A DNA stretch of 64,000 nt from an uncultured Gemmatimonadota bacterium (GTDB taxonomy: Bacteria > GCA-2686955). A program made the translations under genes and the position numbers. How positions within the stretch are numbered: position 1 is the first letter of the stretch; the number at the start of each line of letters is the position of its first letter. Shown one piece after another: positions 20,216 through 30,160 of this stretch. The DNA is taken from assembly GCA_964490075.1 (NCBI GenBank), contig CAZBBK010000003.1, forward strand, positions 62,001-126,000, read 5' to 3'. The notes under the pieces were generated by a model that did no database searches, had not been told where the DNA came from, and saw only the letters and a list, made by a program, of their open reading frames with translations.

Positions 20216-20866
20216 ATGGCAACGTCGCATTCGGCCCCGGGGGGGTGGTCGAAGGGCCGGATTCGCCCCTGGACGCTCGCGGCCATCGCTCTGGGCTCTT
20301 TCGCCTCGCCCGCCGGCGCGCTCTTCGGGCTCGAGATCGGCGGTCATGGAGGCAGCGTCTCGTACTCCGGCGATCTCTTCTCCGGATCGGACGAGTACCA
20401 AGACAATCAGCTCTCGCGCGGGGCCTTCGCGGGAGTGCGCCTGGGCCTCACCGCGCTGCCGGTGATCGACGTGGTGGCCGATTTGAGCTACACCGAGCGC
20501 GTCTCCCGCGCGCTCGACCTCGCGACCGAGCAACCGCTCGACTACGACTTCACCCACATCGGGCTCGAAGCATCGGCGCGGGTGGCGATCTTCGATCCAC
20601 CGCTCTCGCCGCTCTCGATCTTCGCCGGTGTCGGCGGAGGCCTGCACTGGATCCCCGCGATCCCCGCCGAGATCGTCGTCGAGGGGGGGAAGCTGAGCAC
20701 CGAGCGAGTCGCCCAGCCCTCCACCTTCTTCGTCGGCGGGGCGCGCTTCGATCCTCCCGCCCTGCCGCTCTCGGTGTTCGCCGAGGGCTCGGTGGGGGCG
20801 ATCTTCGGCGAGGGCGACGCCCTGCGCGTCACCAAGGTGTCGGCCGGGCTGCTGCTCGGCCTTTGA
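20216..20866 (+). CDS. outer membrane beta-barrel protein
   Basis: signal peptide, alternating amphipathic strands, C-terminal VSAGLLLGL. Confidence 0.7.
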   Translation: MATSHSAPGGWSKGRIRPWTLAAIALGSFASPAGALFGLEIGGHGGSVSYSGDLFSGSDEYQDNQLSRGAFAGVRLGLTALPVIDVVADLSYTERVSRALDLATEQPLDYDFTHIGLEASARVAIFDPPLSPLSIFAGVGGGLHWIPAIPAEIVVEGGKLSTERVAQPSTFFVGGARFDPPALPLSVFAEGSVGAIFGEGDALRVTKVSAGLLLGL

Positions 20867-20879
20867 TGCGGTCGCTACC

Positions 20880-21329
20880 GTGAGGCTGGTCGTACAGCGA
20901 GTCAGCCGCGCGCAGGTGCGGGTCGACGCCGAGGTGGTGGGAGGGATCGGCGCCGGGCTGGTGGTGCTGGCCGCGGTGGGCAGACGGACCCTTCCCGACG
21001 ATGTCGATTGGCTGGCGCGCAAGCTGGAAGGGCTGCGGATCTTCGCCGATGCCGCCGGGCGCATGAACCGCTCGGTCAAGGAGTGCGCGGGGAGCGTGCT
21101 GCTGATCTCGCAATTCACCCTATACGGCGACACCGACAAAGGCCGCAGACCCTCGTTCGTCGCCGCCGCCGAGCCCGAGACGGGAGCCCGGCTCTGCGAA
21201 CGGCTGGCGCGGCAGCTGGAAGGCCGGGGGGTCCCGGTCTCATGCGGGGTGTTTGGCGCCCACATGGAGGTGGAGCTGGTGAACGACGGACCGGTCACGC
21301 TGATTCTGGAGCGCGCGAGCGGTGCCTGA
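20880..21329 (+). CDS. dtd: D-aminoacyl-tRNA deacylase
   Basis: VVQRV, SQFTL, NDGPVT. Confidence 0.97.
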   Translation: MRLVVQRVSRAQVRVDAEVVGGIGAGLVVLAAVGRRTLPDDVDWLARKLEGLRIFADAAGRMNRSVKECAGSVLLISQFTLYGDTDKGRRPSFVAAAEPETGARLCERLARQLEGRGVPVSCGVFGAHMEVELVNDGPVTLILERASGA

Positions 21330-21969
21330 AGCGCTGATTCTGGCCTCGTCGTCGGCCCGCCGGAGGGCTCTGCTCGAACAGATCGGGGTCCCCTTCCAGG
21401 TGACTCCGGCGCGCATCGACGAGCCCTTGCCGCGCCGCTCGGAAGCGCCCGGGCCTTTCGCCATCCGCGCCGCGCATGCCAAGTGGCGCGACGTCGCGCG
21501 GCGCCGGGCCGGCACCTGTCTGGGCGCCGATACGATCGTGGTGATCGACGGGCGGATCCTCGGCAAGCCGACCGACGATCGCCACGCCGCATCGATGCTG
21601 GCCGATCTGGCCGGACGCAGCCACCGGGTGGTGACGGCGATGGCCCTCTCCGCGCCGGACCAAGGCGCTGTGCCGCCCGGCTGGCAGGCGCGAGAGGGCT
21701 GCTGGACCATCGCGGTCACGACCGCGGTGCGCTTCCGTGCTCTGGAGCCGGCGGAGATTGCCCGCTACGTGGCCACCGGGGAGCCGCGTGGCAAGGCGGG
21801 CGCCTACGCGATCCAGGGGATCGGCGGCGGATTGGTGGCCTCGATCGAGGGCTCCTACACCAACGTGGTGGGGTTGCCGGTGGCGGTCTTGCTCGAGGGG
21901 TTGCGAACGCGGCTGGTTTGGCCGGTTGGCGGAGGGGAAAAGGCGAAATGGCGGACCGCAACTCGTTGA
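21322..21969 (+). CDS. maf: Maf family nucleoside triphosphate pyrophosphatase
   Basis: LILASSSARR, GADT, GKP, KAGAYAIQG, NVVGLP. Confidence 0.95.
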   Translation: MPEALILASSSARRRALLEQIGVPFQVTPARIDEPLPRRSEAPGPFAIRAAHAKWRDVARRRAGTCLGADTIVVIDGRILGKPTDDRHAASMLADLAGRSHRVVTAMALSAPDQGAVPPGWQAREGCWTIAVTTAVRFRALEPAEIARYVATGEPRGKAGAYAIQGIGGGLVASIEGSYTNVVGLPVAVLLEGLRTRLVWPVGGGEKAKWRTATR

Positions 21970-21995
21970 CAGCCCCCCCGGGTCCCCGCTAGCCT
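21966..21995 (+). promoter_or_regulatory. putative sigma70 promoter for rplM-rpsI
   Basis: TTGACA-N18-TAGCCT upstream of rplM. Confidence 0.6.
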
Positions 21996-22103
21996 CCTCC
22001 GTCTATGCCAAACGCGGCGTGGGCGGGTCGCGAAGCGATCATCGATCCGCCGAGCCCGCGGCGCGCGCATCTCAGGTGCGCACAGATCCCGTTGGAGTCA
22101 GAG

Positions 22104-22532
22104 ATGATCACGCAGAGCCTGCGCAAAGAGGATGTCGACCGCAAGTGGGTGGTGATCGATGCCCGCAATATGGTCCTCGGCCGCCTCTCTTCACAGGTTG
22201 CTTCGCTCTTGCGCGGCAAGCACAAGCCCAGCTTCACCCCGCACGTCGACAACGGCGACAACGTCATCGTCGTCAACGCCGCAGCGGTGCGGCTCACCGG
22301 CCGCAAGGGAGAGCAGAAACGCTACTTCCGCTACACCGGCTGGCCCGGTGGCGATCGCTTCCAGAGCTACGAATCGCTGCGCGCGAGCCGTCCCGCGATC
22401 ATCGTCGAGCGTGCGATCAAGGGCATGCTGCCGAAGAACCGGCTGGGACGGAAGATGTTCAAGAAGCTGCACGTCTACGCCGGACCCGATCACCCCCACC
22501 AAGCGCAGAAGCCCGAGCCGCATACGCTCTAA
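22104..22532 (+). CDS. rplM: 50S ribosomal protein L13
   Basis: WVVIDA, LRGKHKPSFTPHVDNGD, KGMLPKN, HQAQKP. Confidence 0.99.
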   Translation: MITQSLRKEDVDRKWVVIDARNMVLGRLSSQVASLLRGKHKPSFTPHVDNGDNVIVVNAAAVRLTGRKGEQKRYFRYTGWPGGDRFQSYESLRASRPAIIVERAIKGMLPKNRLGRKMFKKLHVYAGPDHPHQAQKPEPHTL

Positions 22533-22562
22533 AGGGCGAGTTCCGAGGAGCCAGTACAAGGC

Positions 22563-22958
22563 ATGTCAACGAATACCTACGCAGCGACCGGTCGCCGCAA
22601 GCGCGCCATCGCCAAGGTCTGGATCCGCCCGGGAGGCAGCGGCCAGATCACCATCAACGAATCCCCCGCGCTGGAATACCTGAATCGCGAGGTTCTGGTC
22701 CAGGACGTGGAGCGCCCCTTGCTCACGACCGAGACCCGCGAGGCGGTCGACGTGGTGGCCAAGGTGATCGGAGGAGGCAAGAGCGGGCAGGCCGGCGCCC
22801 TCAGGCTGGGGATCGCCCGGGCCTTGATCCAGATGGACGAAGGGAACCGCGCCGCTCTGCGCCGTGAGGGTCTCTTGACCCGCGACGCGCGCCAGGTGGA
22901 ACGGAAGAAATACGGTCAGAAGGGGGCTCGCGGGCGCTTCCAGTTCTCCAAGCGCTGA
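22563..22958 (+). CDS. rpsI: 30S ribosomal protein S9
   Basis: TGRRK, GGGKSGQAGA, ERKK...FQFSKR. Confidence 0.99.
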   Translation: MSTNTYAATGRRKRAIAKVWIRPGGSGQITINESPALEYLNREVLVQDVERPLLTTETREAVDVVAKVIGGGKSGQAGALRLGIARALIQMDEGNRAALRREGLLTRDARQVERKKYGQKGARGRFQFSKR

Positions 22959-23009
22959 GCCGCCTTTCGGAATCGACACCAGCGGCCCCCAGTGGGCCGC
23001 GCAACGCGC

Positions 23010-23080
23010 GAAGATCCCCTATGTGTTGGGGTGCCGCCGGGCGAGCTCGGCGGCCGACGGGGTCTTCCAGGCACAACCCC
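23010..23080 (+). promoter_or_regulatory. rpsB (S2/t44-like) leader RNA
   Basis: GGGGTGCC ... GGCACAACCCC complementary motif within a GAAGATCCC / GGGGTCTTC stem directly upstream of the rpsB RBS. Confidence 0.65.
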
Positions 23081-23091
23081 AGGAGCACCAG

Positions 23092-24180
23092 ATGTCAGAG
23101 ATCACCGCCCATGACCTGTTGCAAGCCGGCGCCCACTTCGGGCATCAGACCAAGCGCTGGAATCCGAAGATGCGTCGCTACATCTTCGGCAAACGCAACG
23201 GGATTCACATCATCGACCTGCGCAAGACCCAGGTGCGGCTGCGCCACGCCTGCGATTTCGTACGCGAGCACGTGCGCGAGGGCGGCAAGGTGCTCTTCGT
23301 CGGCACCAAGCGGCAAGCCCAGGAGACCGTGGTGGCCGAGGCCGAACGCTGCGGGATGTTCTTCGTCGCCGACCGCTGGCTGGGGGGCTTTCTGACCAAC
23401 TACGCGACCATCAAGGTCTCGGTCGACAAGATGAAGCGCCTCGAGCAGCTCGACGAGGATCGCAGCTTTCAGAGCCTGACCAAGAAGGAGCGTCTGATGC
23501 TCGAACGCGAGCGTGAGAAGCTCTCGAAGGTGCTGCGCGGCGTGAAGGCGATGTCCGAGCTGCCGAGCGCGGTCTTCGTGGTCGACACTCGCAAGGAGGC
23601 GATCGCGGTGAAGGAGAGCCGCAAGCTCGGTATCCCGGTGATCGCCATCGTCGACACCAACTCCGATCCGACCGAGGTCGATTACCCGATCCCCGCCAAC
23701 GACGACGCGGTTCGCTCGATCGGCCTGGTGACCAAGGCGATCTCCGACGCGGCCATCGCGGGGCGCCACGACGCCGGCGACTTCGATTTCGCCACCAAGG
23801 AGAGCGACGTGGGGGCCGAGATGCTGGCGGAGGGCGAGACGCAGGAGGTCGCGGTCGAGGAGACCGAGGTCGCGGTCGAGGAGACCGAGGTCGCGGTCGA
23901 GGAGACCGGGGTCGCGGTCGAGGAGACCGGGGTCACTCCCGAGATGCAGCCGGTGGCCGAGGAGGCAGCGGTCGAGACCGCTCCGGCCGACGCGGAGCCG
24001 AATCAGCCCGCCGCGGCCGCGGAACAAGCACCGAGCGAAGCTGCGCGGGCCGATGCCGCGGCGCAGGAGCCCGCGGACGAAGCCACGGCGGATGAAAGCG
24101 CTCCAGAAAACGACAAGGCCCCGACCGCCGACAGCGAAGAGGCCCAGGAAGCCGCCTCCGCGACCGAGGCGCAGGGCTGA
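23092..24180 (+). CDS. rpsB: 30S ribosomal protein S2 with long acidic C-terminal tail
   Basis: AGAHFGHQTKRWNPKM, RWLGGFLTN, IPANDD; AGGAG RBS. Confidence 0.99.
   Translation: MSEITAHDLLQAGAHFGHQTKRWNPKMRRYIFGKRNGIHIIDLRKTQVRLRHACDFVREHVREGGKVLFVGTKRQAQETVVAEAERCGMFFVADRWLGGFLTNYATIKVSVDKMKRLEQLDEDRSFQSLTKKERLMLEREREKLSKVLRGVKAMSELPSAVFVVDTRKEAIAVKESRKLGIPVIAIVDTNSDPTEVDYPIPANDDAVRSIGLVTKAISDAAIAGRHDAGDFDFATKESDVGAEMLAEGETQEVAVEETEVAVEETEVAVEETGVAVEETGVTPEMQPVAEEAAVETAPADAEPNQPAAAAEQAPSEAARADAAAQEPADEATADESAPENDKAPTADSEEAQEAASATEAQG
23845..23934 (+). repeat. 21-bp tandem repeat, about 4.3 copies, in the rpsB tail (EVAVEET)
   Basis: G(A/G)GGTCGCGGTCGAGGAGACC units at 23845, 23866, 23887, 23908 plus a partial copy. 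Confidence 0.95.
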
Positions 24181-24248
24181 TTCAACCCATCACGGAAACC
24201 TCGATCCGCCCGGCACCAGCGCCCGGGGGGCCGAGTCGGAGTAACAAG

Positions 24249-24848
24249 ATGAGCATCACGGCATCGGCCGTCAAAGAGCTGCGCGATCGCACCGGCGCCG
24301 GCATGATGGACTGCAAGAAGGCCCTGGTCGAGACCGAGGGCGAGATGGAGCGGGCGATCGACCTGCTGCGCCAGAAGGGCGCCGCTTCGGCGGCCAAGCG
24401 CGCCGGCCGGGAGACCAAGGAAGGCACCGTCATCTCCTATATCCACCCTGGCTCGCGTCTGGGGGTTCTGCTGGAGCTCAACTGCGAGACCGACTTCGTC
24501 GCTCGAACCGGCGACTTCCACAGCCTCGCGAAATCGCTCGCCATGCAGGTGGCGGCGTGCAATCCCCTCGCCGTGCGCCGCGAGGAGATCGCCGCGGAGA
24601 TCACCGAGCGCGAGCGCGAGATCTACATTCAGCAGGCTCGCGAAACCGGCAAGCCCGAGAACGTGATCGAGAAGATCATCGAGGGCAAGATGGACAAATG
24701 GTACCGCGAGGCCTGCCTGCTCGAGCAGAACGATGTTCGCGACCAGAGCAGTGGAGTGACGGTGGAGAAGCTGGTCACCGAGGCGGCGGCCAAGCTCGGC
24801 GAGAATATCTCGGTGCGTCGTTTTAGCCGCTTCGCGCTCGGAGAGTAG
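24249..24848 (+). CDS. tsf: elongation factor Ts (short 199-aa type)
   Basis: LRDRTGAGMMDCKKAL, NCETDFVA. Confidence 0.99.
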   Translation: MSITASAVKELRDRTGAGMMDCKKALVETEGEMERAIDLLRQKGAASAAKRAGRETKEGTVISYIHPGSRLGVLLELNCETDFVARTGDFHSLAKSLAMQVAACNPLAVRREEIAAEITEREREIYIQQARETGKPENVIEKIIEGKMDKWYREACLLEQNDVRDQSSGVTVEKLVTEAAAKLGENISVRRFSRFALGE

Positions 24849-24927
24849 TCGGTAGTTTTACATAGACTCCGGGCGAGCTCCCGTCGGGCGGCGGCCACCG
24901 GGGGCGCCGGGGACGACGAGGAGAGCC

Positions 24928-25659
24928 ATGGCCGATCCGAAACCGATCTACCGGCGGGTCCTGCTCAAGTTGAGCGGCGAGGTGTTGGCGGGGGAGCGCG
25001 GCCAGGGCATCGACCAGGGCGCGCTGGAGCGGATCGCGCAAGAGATCGCCAAGGCGCAGCGGCTCGGCGTCGAGATGGCGGTGGTCCTCGGCGGTGGGAA
25101 CATCTACCGCGGCCTTTCCGGTGCGGCCGAGGGGATGGCGCGCGTATCCGGCGACTACATGGGCATGCTGGCCACCGTCATCAACGCAGTCGCGCTCCAG
25201 GAGATGCTCGAGCGCCAAGGTTGTGACACCCGTCTGCAGTCGGCGCTCCATATCAAGGAGGTCGCCGAGCCCTACGTGCGGCGCCGCGCGGTCCGCCACC
25301 TGGAGAAGGGGCGAGTGCTGGTCTTCGCAGCCGGCACCGGCAACCCCTTCTTCACGACCGACACCGCCGCGGTGCTGCGCGCCGCCGAGATCGACGCCGA
25401 GGTGATTCTGAAGGGAACCAACGTCGACGGTGTCTACACCGCCGATCCGGTCCTCGATCCGAGCGCCAAGCGGCTGCGCACCGTCACCTACATGAACGCG
25501 ATCCAGAACCGACTGCGGGTGATGGACTCCACCGCGTTTTCCCTCTCCATGGACAACCGCTTGCAGATGGTCGTGTTCAAGATCACCGAGCCCGGCAACA
25601 TCTTGAAGATCGTTCTCGGAGAGGAGATCGGTACCCTGGTGAAGGAGGACTCGCCATGA
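24928..25659 (+). CDS. pyrH: UMP kinase
   Basis: [22 protein letters not shown]. Confidence 0.99.
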   Translation: MADPKPIYRRVLLKLSGEVLAGERGQGIDQGALERIAQEIAKAQRLGVEMAVVLGGGNIYRGLSGAAEGMARVSGDYMGMLATVINAVALQEMLERQGCDTRLQSALHIKEVAEPYVRRRAVRHLEKGRVLVFAAGTGNPFFTTDTAAVLRAAEIDAEVILKGTNVDGVYTADPVLDPSAKRLRTVTYMNAIQNRLRVMDSTAFSLSMDNRLQMVVFKITEPGNILKIVLGEEIGTLVKEDSP

Positions 25660-26213
25660 TCGACGAGGTTAGTTTCGAAGCGGAAGAGCGCATGACCCAT
25701 GCCGTCGAGCACGCGCAGACCGAGTTCGCGCGGATGCGCACCGGCAAGGCGACCACCGCGCTGGTCGACGGGGTCCGGGTCGAGGCCTACGGCTCGTCGA
25801 TGCCGCTCAACCAGCTGGCGACCATCACCGTGCCCGAGCCGCGGCTGATCGTGATCCAGCCCTGGGACAAGTCGACCATCAAGGACGTGGAGAAGGCGAT
25901 TCGAGTCTCCGACCTGGGCCTGAATCCGACCAACGACGGGACCGTGATCCGGCTGGCCATTCCGCAACTGACCGAGGAACGACGCCGCGATCTGGTCAAG
26001 ATGGTCAAGAAGATGGCCGAGGAGGGCCGGGTCTCGATCCGGGCGGTGCGCCGCGACGCCAACGACAAGCTGAAGGCGAGCGTGAAGGCTGGGGACATCT
26101 CCGAGGATTCGATGCACGATGGTCTCGAGGAGGTCCAGAAGCTGACCGACCGTTTCGTGAAGCAGATCGACGACTTGACCACGGCCAAGGAAGCGGAGTT
26201 GATGGAGGTTTGA
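25656..26213 (+). CDS. frr: ribosome recycling factor
   Basis: RTGKA, DLGLNP, LTEERR. Confidence 0.99.
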   Translation: MIDEVSFEAEERMTHAVEHAQTEFARMRTGKATTALVDGVRVEAYGSSMPLNQLATITVPEPRLIVIQPWDKSTIKDVEKAIRVSDLGLNPTNDGTVIRLAIPQLTEERRRDLVKMVKKMAEEGRVSIRAVRRDANDKLKASVKAGDISEDSMHDGLEEVQKLTDRFVKQIDDLTTAKEAELMEV

Positions 26214-26230
26214 GGGTCCGCGGCCGGGGA

Positions 26231-27364
26231 TCAGGCCGTCGGAACCACGCATCCGGACGCGCCCGGCGTCAGCGCTCCCTCGGCGTCGACCCCGAAGACC
26301 CGCCAGTGGTAGTAGCGGCCGACCGTCTCCGGGCTGGCCAGGGGCGTGAGGTCGATCTCGCATGCGTCGAGATAGCGCCCGGCGATCGCCGCGAAGGCCG
26401 GGTCGAGGCCGATCTCGAGCAGATGGCCGCGGGCGCCCTCGACCGCCGGCCAGCGCAGCCGCGGGTCGCCGATCGGCACCGGTGTCGCCTCCGGCTGCGG
26501 CCGCAGCCGCTTGCGCAGGCCCCGGTAGACCCGATCGAGGGGCGACTTCAGCTTCATCGCCGCCCCGAACGCGGCCAGTGTCGGCATGCTGTAGACCTTC
26601 TTGTAGAAGGTGATCATGCTCTCTTCGAAAATCTGGTGCTTTCTCGGGTTCTGGGCTCCGGACTTGTCGTGGTAGTGGACGATGAAGGCGTCTTTGAGCA
26701 CCACCAGGCGCAGCCCCATGGCGCGAATCCGGTGGGACCAGTCGGCATCTTCGAAGTACATGAACATCCGCTCGTCGAGCGGTCCCAGGGCATCGCGGAT
26801 CTGCTGCCGAACCATGAAGCAGGCGCCGACCAGGGCCTGCACCTCGACATCCTCGCGGCCGCGCCAGATGCGACGATTGTCGCGATGGAAGCGTCGCAGC
26901 GGCGTGAAGGGGCGCAGCGCATCGGAGCTGGCGCAGAGAATCGTCGCTGGATGCAGCGGGGGCAGCGACGCTAGCTCGAGGGTGCGGGCATCGTCGAGCC
27001 AGGTCCGGGCGCTGACCGCGCCCACATCGGGGTGACGGTCGAGATAGGCGACCATGCGGTCGAGCGCGCCGGGCAGCACCCTGGTGTCCGAGTTGAGGAG
27101 CATGAAGTGACGCCCCCTCGCCGCTCGCCACGCCTGGTTGTTGGCCCGGGTGAAGCCGACATTTTCGTCGTTGGCGATCAAGTGCACGCCGGGAAAGCTC
27201 GCCGCGATCATCTCGGCGGAACCGTCCTGCGAGGCGTTGTCGACCGCGATGATCTCGACATCGATCGATTCCAGGCTGCTCTGGATCGACTCGATGCAGT
27301 CGCGGATCAGCTCGCGGGTGTTCCAGTTGACGAGCGAGACGGTGAGATCGGGAGGGTTGTTCAT
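26231..27364 (-). CDS. GT2 family glycosyltransferase
   Basis: SLVNWN, VDNASQDGS, NVGFTRANN, LLNSD, YFEDADW. Confidence 0.92.
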   Translation of the reverse strand: MNNPPDLTVSLVNWNTRELIRDCIESIQSSLESIDVEIIAVDNASQDGSAEMIAASFPGVHLIANDENVGFTRANNQAWRAARGRHFMLLNSDTRVLPGALDRMVAYLDRHPDVGAVSARTWLDDARTLELASLPPLHPATILCASSDALRPFTPLRRFHRDNRRIWRGREDVEVQALVGACFMVRQQIRDALGPLDERMFMYFEDADWSHRIRAMGLRLVVLKDAFIVHYHDKSGAQNPRKHQIFEESMITFYKKVYSMPTLAAFGAAMKLKSPLDRVYRGLRKRLRPQPEATPVPIGDPRLRWPAVEGARGHLLEIGLDPAFAAIAGRYLDACEIDLTPLASPETVGRYYHWRVFGVDAEGALTPGASGCVVPTA

Positions 27365-27573
27365 GGCCGGGCGATGCAAGAGGGGATGGGAAGGAGGGCG
27401 TGGAGGCTATCACGGGGAACCTGGGAAGCGGTTCGGCGTAGCACCGAACGAGCGGGCCGGGCCGCGGCGGTGCAGCTTCGGGCCCCGATCCGGCTGGGGT
27501 CGGAACCGAGAATCGACGCGGTCCCGAGCGCGGCGCCCTGGCGGTAGCCGCGTGTCGGGCCAGGAGCGGTGCG

Positions 27574-28560
27574 ATGCGACGAGTACTACTGGCGGCGACG
27601 GTGATGGCGGGCACATGGGTCGGTTCGGCGGCGGTCGCCGAAGAGGGCGAGGAGGCCTTTCTGGGAGTGGTGATCCAGGACCTGAGCGGGGCTCTGGCCG
27701 AGGCTCTCGACCTCGATCGGCCGGAGGGGGCGCTGATCAGCCAGGTGATCGAGGACAGCCCCGCGCAGCGCGCCGGTCTGGAGGTCGGCGATGTTCTGGT
27801 CGAGCTGAAGGGAGAGCCGATCGGCGACGCGGACGACGTGATCGAGGCGATCGCCGAGGCCGAGGTGGGAGAAGAGATCGATCTGCGCTGGATGCGCCAC
27901 GGTGACTGGAAGACTGGATCTGTCGTGCTCGGTGAGCGCTCTCCTGAAAGGAGTTGGAGCTTTCATTTCTCGGACTACTTCGGGGATGGAGGCTGCCGCA
28001 TCGGCATCGAGCTGACGCCGCTGCGGGACGGCCTGGGCGAACCCTTCGGCGTCGAGGACGGCGAAGGGCTGCTGGTGCTCTCGGTCGAGGAGGACTCGCC
28101 GGCGGCGCGGGCCGGGCTGCGCGGTGGAGATGTGATCGTGGGCGTGGGAGAGCAGCGGGTCGCCACCCGCGACGAGCTGAGCGACGCGCTCGAGAAGGCG
28201 GCGGGAGAGACGGTGGAGCTGCGGCGGATGCGGCGCGGCACACGCGGCTCCGCCCGCCTCCGGGGGCTGAAGCTGGAGGTGCCCGAGCACTATGGGAAGT
28301 CGATCTGGCACGGCCGCGCCGAGGGCTTGCCCCACGCCGTGCGCGGCTTCTGCCGGCAAGGGCTGGAGCGGATCGAGCGCAGCGAGCTGCCGCAGACTTT
28401 GCGTGAGTGGCGTCCGCCCTTCGCGGCCGAGGAGCTGCGGGGGTCGATGGCGGAGCTCGAGAGCGAGCTGCGCGAGGCGATGGAGAAGCTGCGCGAGGAG
28501 ATGGAAGAGCTGCGGCTCGAGCTCGGCGAAGAGCAGGAGGAAGAGGAGGAGCAGCTCTGA
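27574..28560 (+). CDS. exported protein with two PDZ domains and a C-terminal acidic coiled coil
   Basis: signal peptide; FLGV..SPAQRAGLEVGDV and RIGI..SPAARAGLRGGDV; no protease triad. Confidence 0.85.
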   Translation: MRRVLLAATVMAGTWVGSAAVAEEGEEAFLGVVIQDLSGALAEALDLDRPEGALISQVIEDSPAQRAGLEVGDVLVELKGEPIGDADDVIEAIAEAEVGEEIDLRWMRHGDWKTGSVVLGERSPERSWSFHFSDYFGDGGCRIGIELTPLRDGLGEPFGVEDGEGLLVLSVEEDSPAARAGLRGGDVIVGVGEQRVATRDELSDALEKAAGETVELRRMRRGTRGSARLRGLKLEVPEHYGKSIWHGRAEGLPHAVRGFCRQGLERIERSELPQTLREWRPPFAAEELRGSMAELESELREAMEKLREEMEELRLELGEEQEEEEEQL

Positions 28561-28567
28561 GCCGGAA

Positions 28568-29824
28568 TCAGGTCCCCACCTCGCTCTCCCCTTCGCTGCG
28601 CGCGATGATCGCCGCACCGCAGGAATCGGAGAAGATGTTGACGCCGGTGCGCAGCATGTCGAGGGGACGGTCGACCGCGAGCATGGTGCCGACGATGGTG
28701 GCGACCTCGGGCCCGCGCAGATTCACCGCCTCGAGAACGATGAAGATCATGACCAATCCCGCCGAGGGGATTCCGGCCGCGCCGATCGAGGCCAAGAGCG
28801 CGGTGACCACCACCATCGCCTGCGCCGCCAATCCGAGATCGGCGCCCAACACCTGCGCGATGAAGAGCACGCCCACGCACTCGTAGAGCGCCGTGCCGTC
28901 CATATTGACGGTGGCGCCCAGTGGCAGCACGAAGGAGCTGACGCGGTTCGAGACGCCGACCTTGCGCTCCACGCATTGCATGGTCAGGGGCAGGGTGGCG
29001 GCGGAGGAGGAGGTCGAGACTGCGGTCAGCAGGGCGTCGCTCATATTGGCGAAATGGCGCCGCGGTGAAAGCCCTCCGACCAGGCGCAGCAAGAGCGGCA
29101 GGGTCACGAAGGTGTGCAGCATCAGCCCGCAAGCGACCGTCAGCATGTAGATCCCCATGCTGGTGAAGGTCGCGGCTCCGGACGCGGCCACCGCGGTGGT
29201 GATCAGGCCCAGCACCCCGAAGGGGGCCAGGCGGATCACCGCGCCGGTCAGCCGCATCATCACCGCGAAGAGCCCTTCGACCAGCTCGACGACGGGTCGT
29301 CGCGCGGCGTCGGGCAGTGCCGCCAGGCTGGCGCCGAAGGCGATGCAGAAGACGATGATCCCCAGCATGTCCATCTCGGCCAGGGCGCCGATCGGGTTGG
29401 TCGGCACCATGCGGAAGAGGATCTCGCCCAGCGACTGCGGGGTCTCGATCTGGGGTGCCGCGGCGCCGCTCTGGGCGAGCCCGGCGAGAGCCCCGCTGCC
29501 GGGGCGCAAGGTATTGACCAGCGCCAGGCCGACCAGGATCGCCAGCAGGCTGGTGAGCATGTAGTAGCCGAGGGTCTTCAGCCCGAGTCGACCGAGCGCC
29601 CCGCTGCCGCCCACCGACGCCACGCCGGAGATGATCGAAGTGGCGACCAGCGGCACGATGGTCATCTTCAAGAGGCGCACGAAGAGGGTGCCCATCCAAC
29701 CCACCACGGCCGCGGCCCCCTCGCCGAAGGCCAGAGCGAGGATGCTGCCGGCCACCATGGCGACCAGGATCTGGAAGTAGAGCTGACGGGTGAGCGGCGT
29801 CTTGGAGCGATCGGGTCGGTTCAT
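28568..29824 (-). CDS. dicarboxylate/amino acid:cation symporter (DAACS, GltP family)
   Basis: STSSSAATLP, GATVNMDG, DMLRTGVN. Confidence 0.96.
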   Translation of the reverse strand: MNRPDRSKTPLTRQLYFQILVAMVAGSILALAFGEGAAAVVGWMGTLFVRLLKMTIVPLVATSIISGVASVGGSGALGRLGLKTLGYYMLTSLLAILVGLALVNTLRPGSGALAGLAQSGAAAPQIETPQSLGEILFRMVPTNPIGALAEMDMLGIIVFCIAFGASLAALPDAARRPVVELVEGLFAVMMRLTGAVIRLAPFGVLGLITTAVAASGAATFTSMGIYMLTVACGLMLHTFVTLPLLLRLVGGLSPRRHFANMSDALLTAVSTSSSAATLPLTMQCVERKVGVSNRVSSFVLPLGATVNMDGTALYECVGVLFIAQVLGADLGLAAQAMVVVTALLASIGAAGIPSAGLVMIFIVLEAVNLRGPEVATIVGTMLAVDRPLDMLRTGVNIFSDSCGAAIIARSEGESEVGT

Positions 29825-29881
29825 GGGTGGGGATGCTCCCTGAAGCGTCGTCGCCTGGCCAGGTGGATGTTGCCCATATTC

Positions 29882-30160
29882 TCACTTCGAGCGCAGCAGC
29901 ACCCAGCCCCAGGTGCCCGCCAGCAACAGGAGCGGCACCCAGATCGGCGTGCGCCGCAGAGCTCGGCGCGGGGCGGGGAAGAGTCCGCACACTCCGGAGG
30001 CCAGGAGCAGCGCGAGGAGCGGGTTCCAGTACAGCGATTCGAGCAGATCGCCACGCAGCAGGGCTGCCGCGGCGCGCGTGAAGCCGCAGCTCGGGCAGGG
30101 CCACCCCGTGACGCGCAGGAAGGGGCAGTGGACGATCAGATCGATTGCCCAGGGGGGCAT
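29882..30160 (-). CDS. DUF2752-like small membrane protein
   Basis: CPFLRVTGWPCPSCGFTRA...NP motif; start uncertain. Confidence 0.8.
   Translation of the reverse strand: MPPWAIDLIVHCPFLRVTGWPCPSCGFTRAAAALLRGDLLESLYWNPLLALLLASGVCGLFPAPRRALRRTPIWVPLLLLAGTWGWVLLRSK

Noticed and set aside
23845-23934. CRISPR-like repeats
   Set aside because: Head-to-tail in-frame repeats with no spacers and no cas genes
24249-24848. Truncated EF-Ts
   Set aside because: The roughly 200-aa form is a known natural type (e.g. Thermus) and both termini are intact
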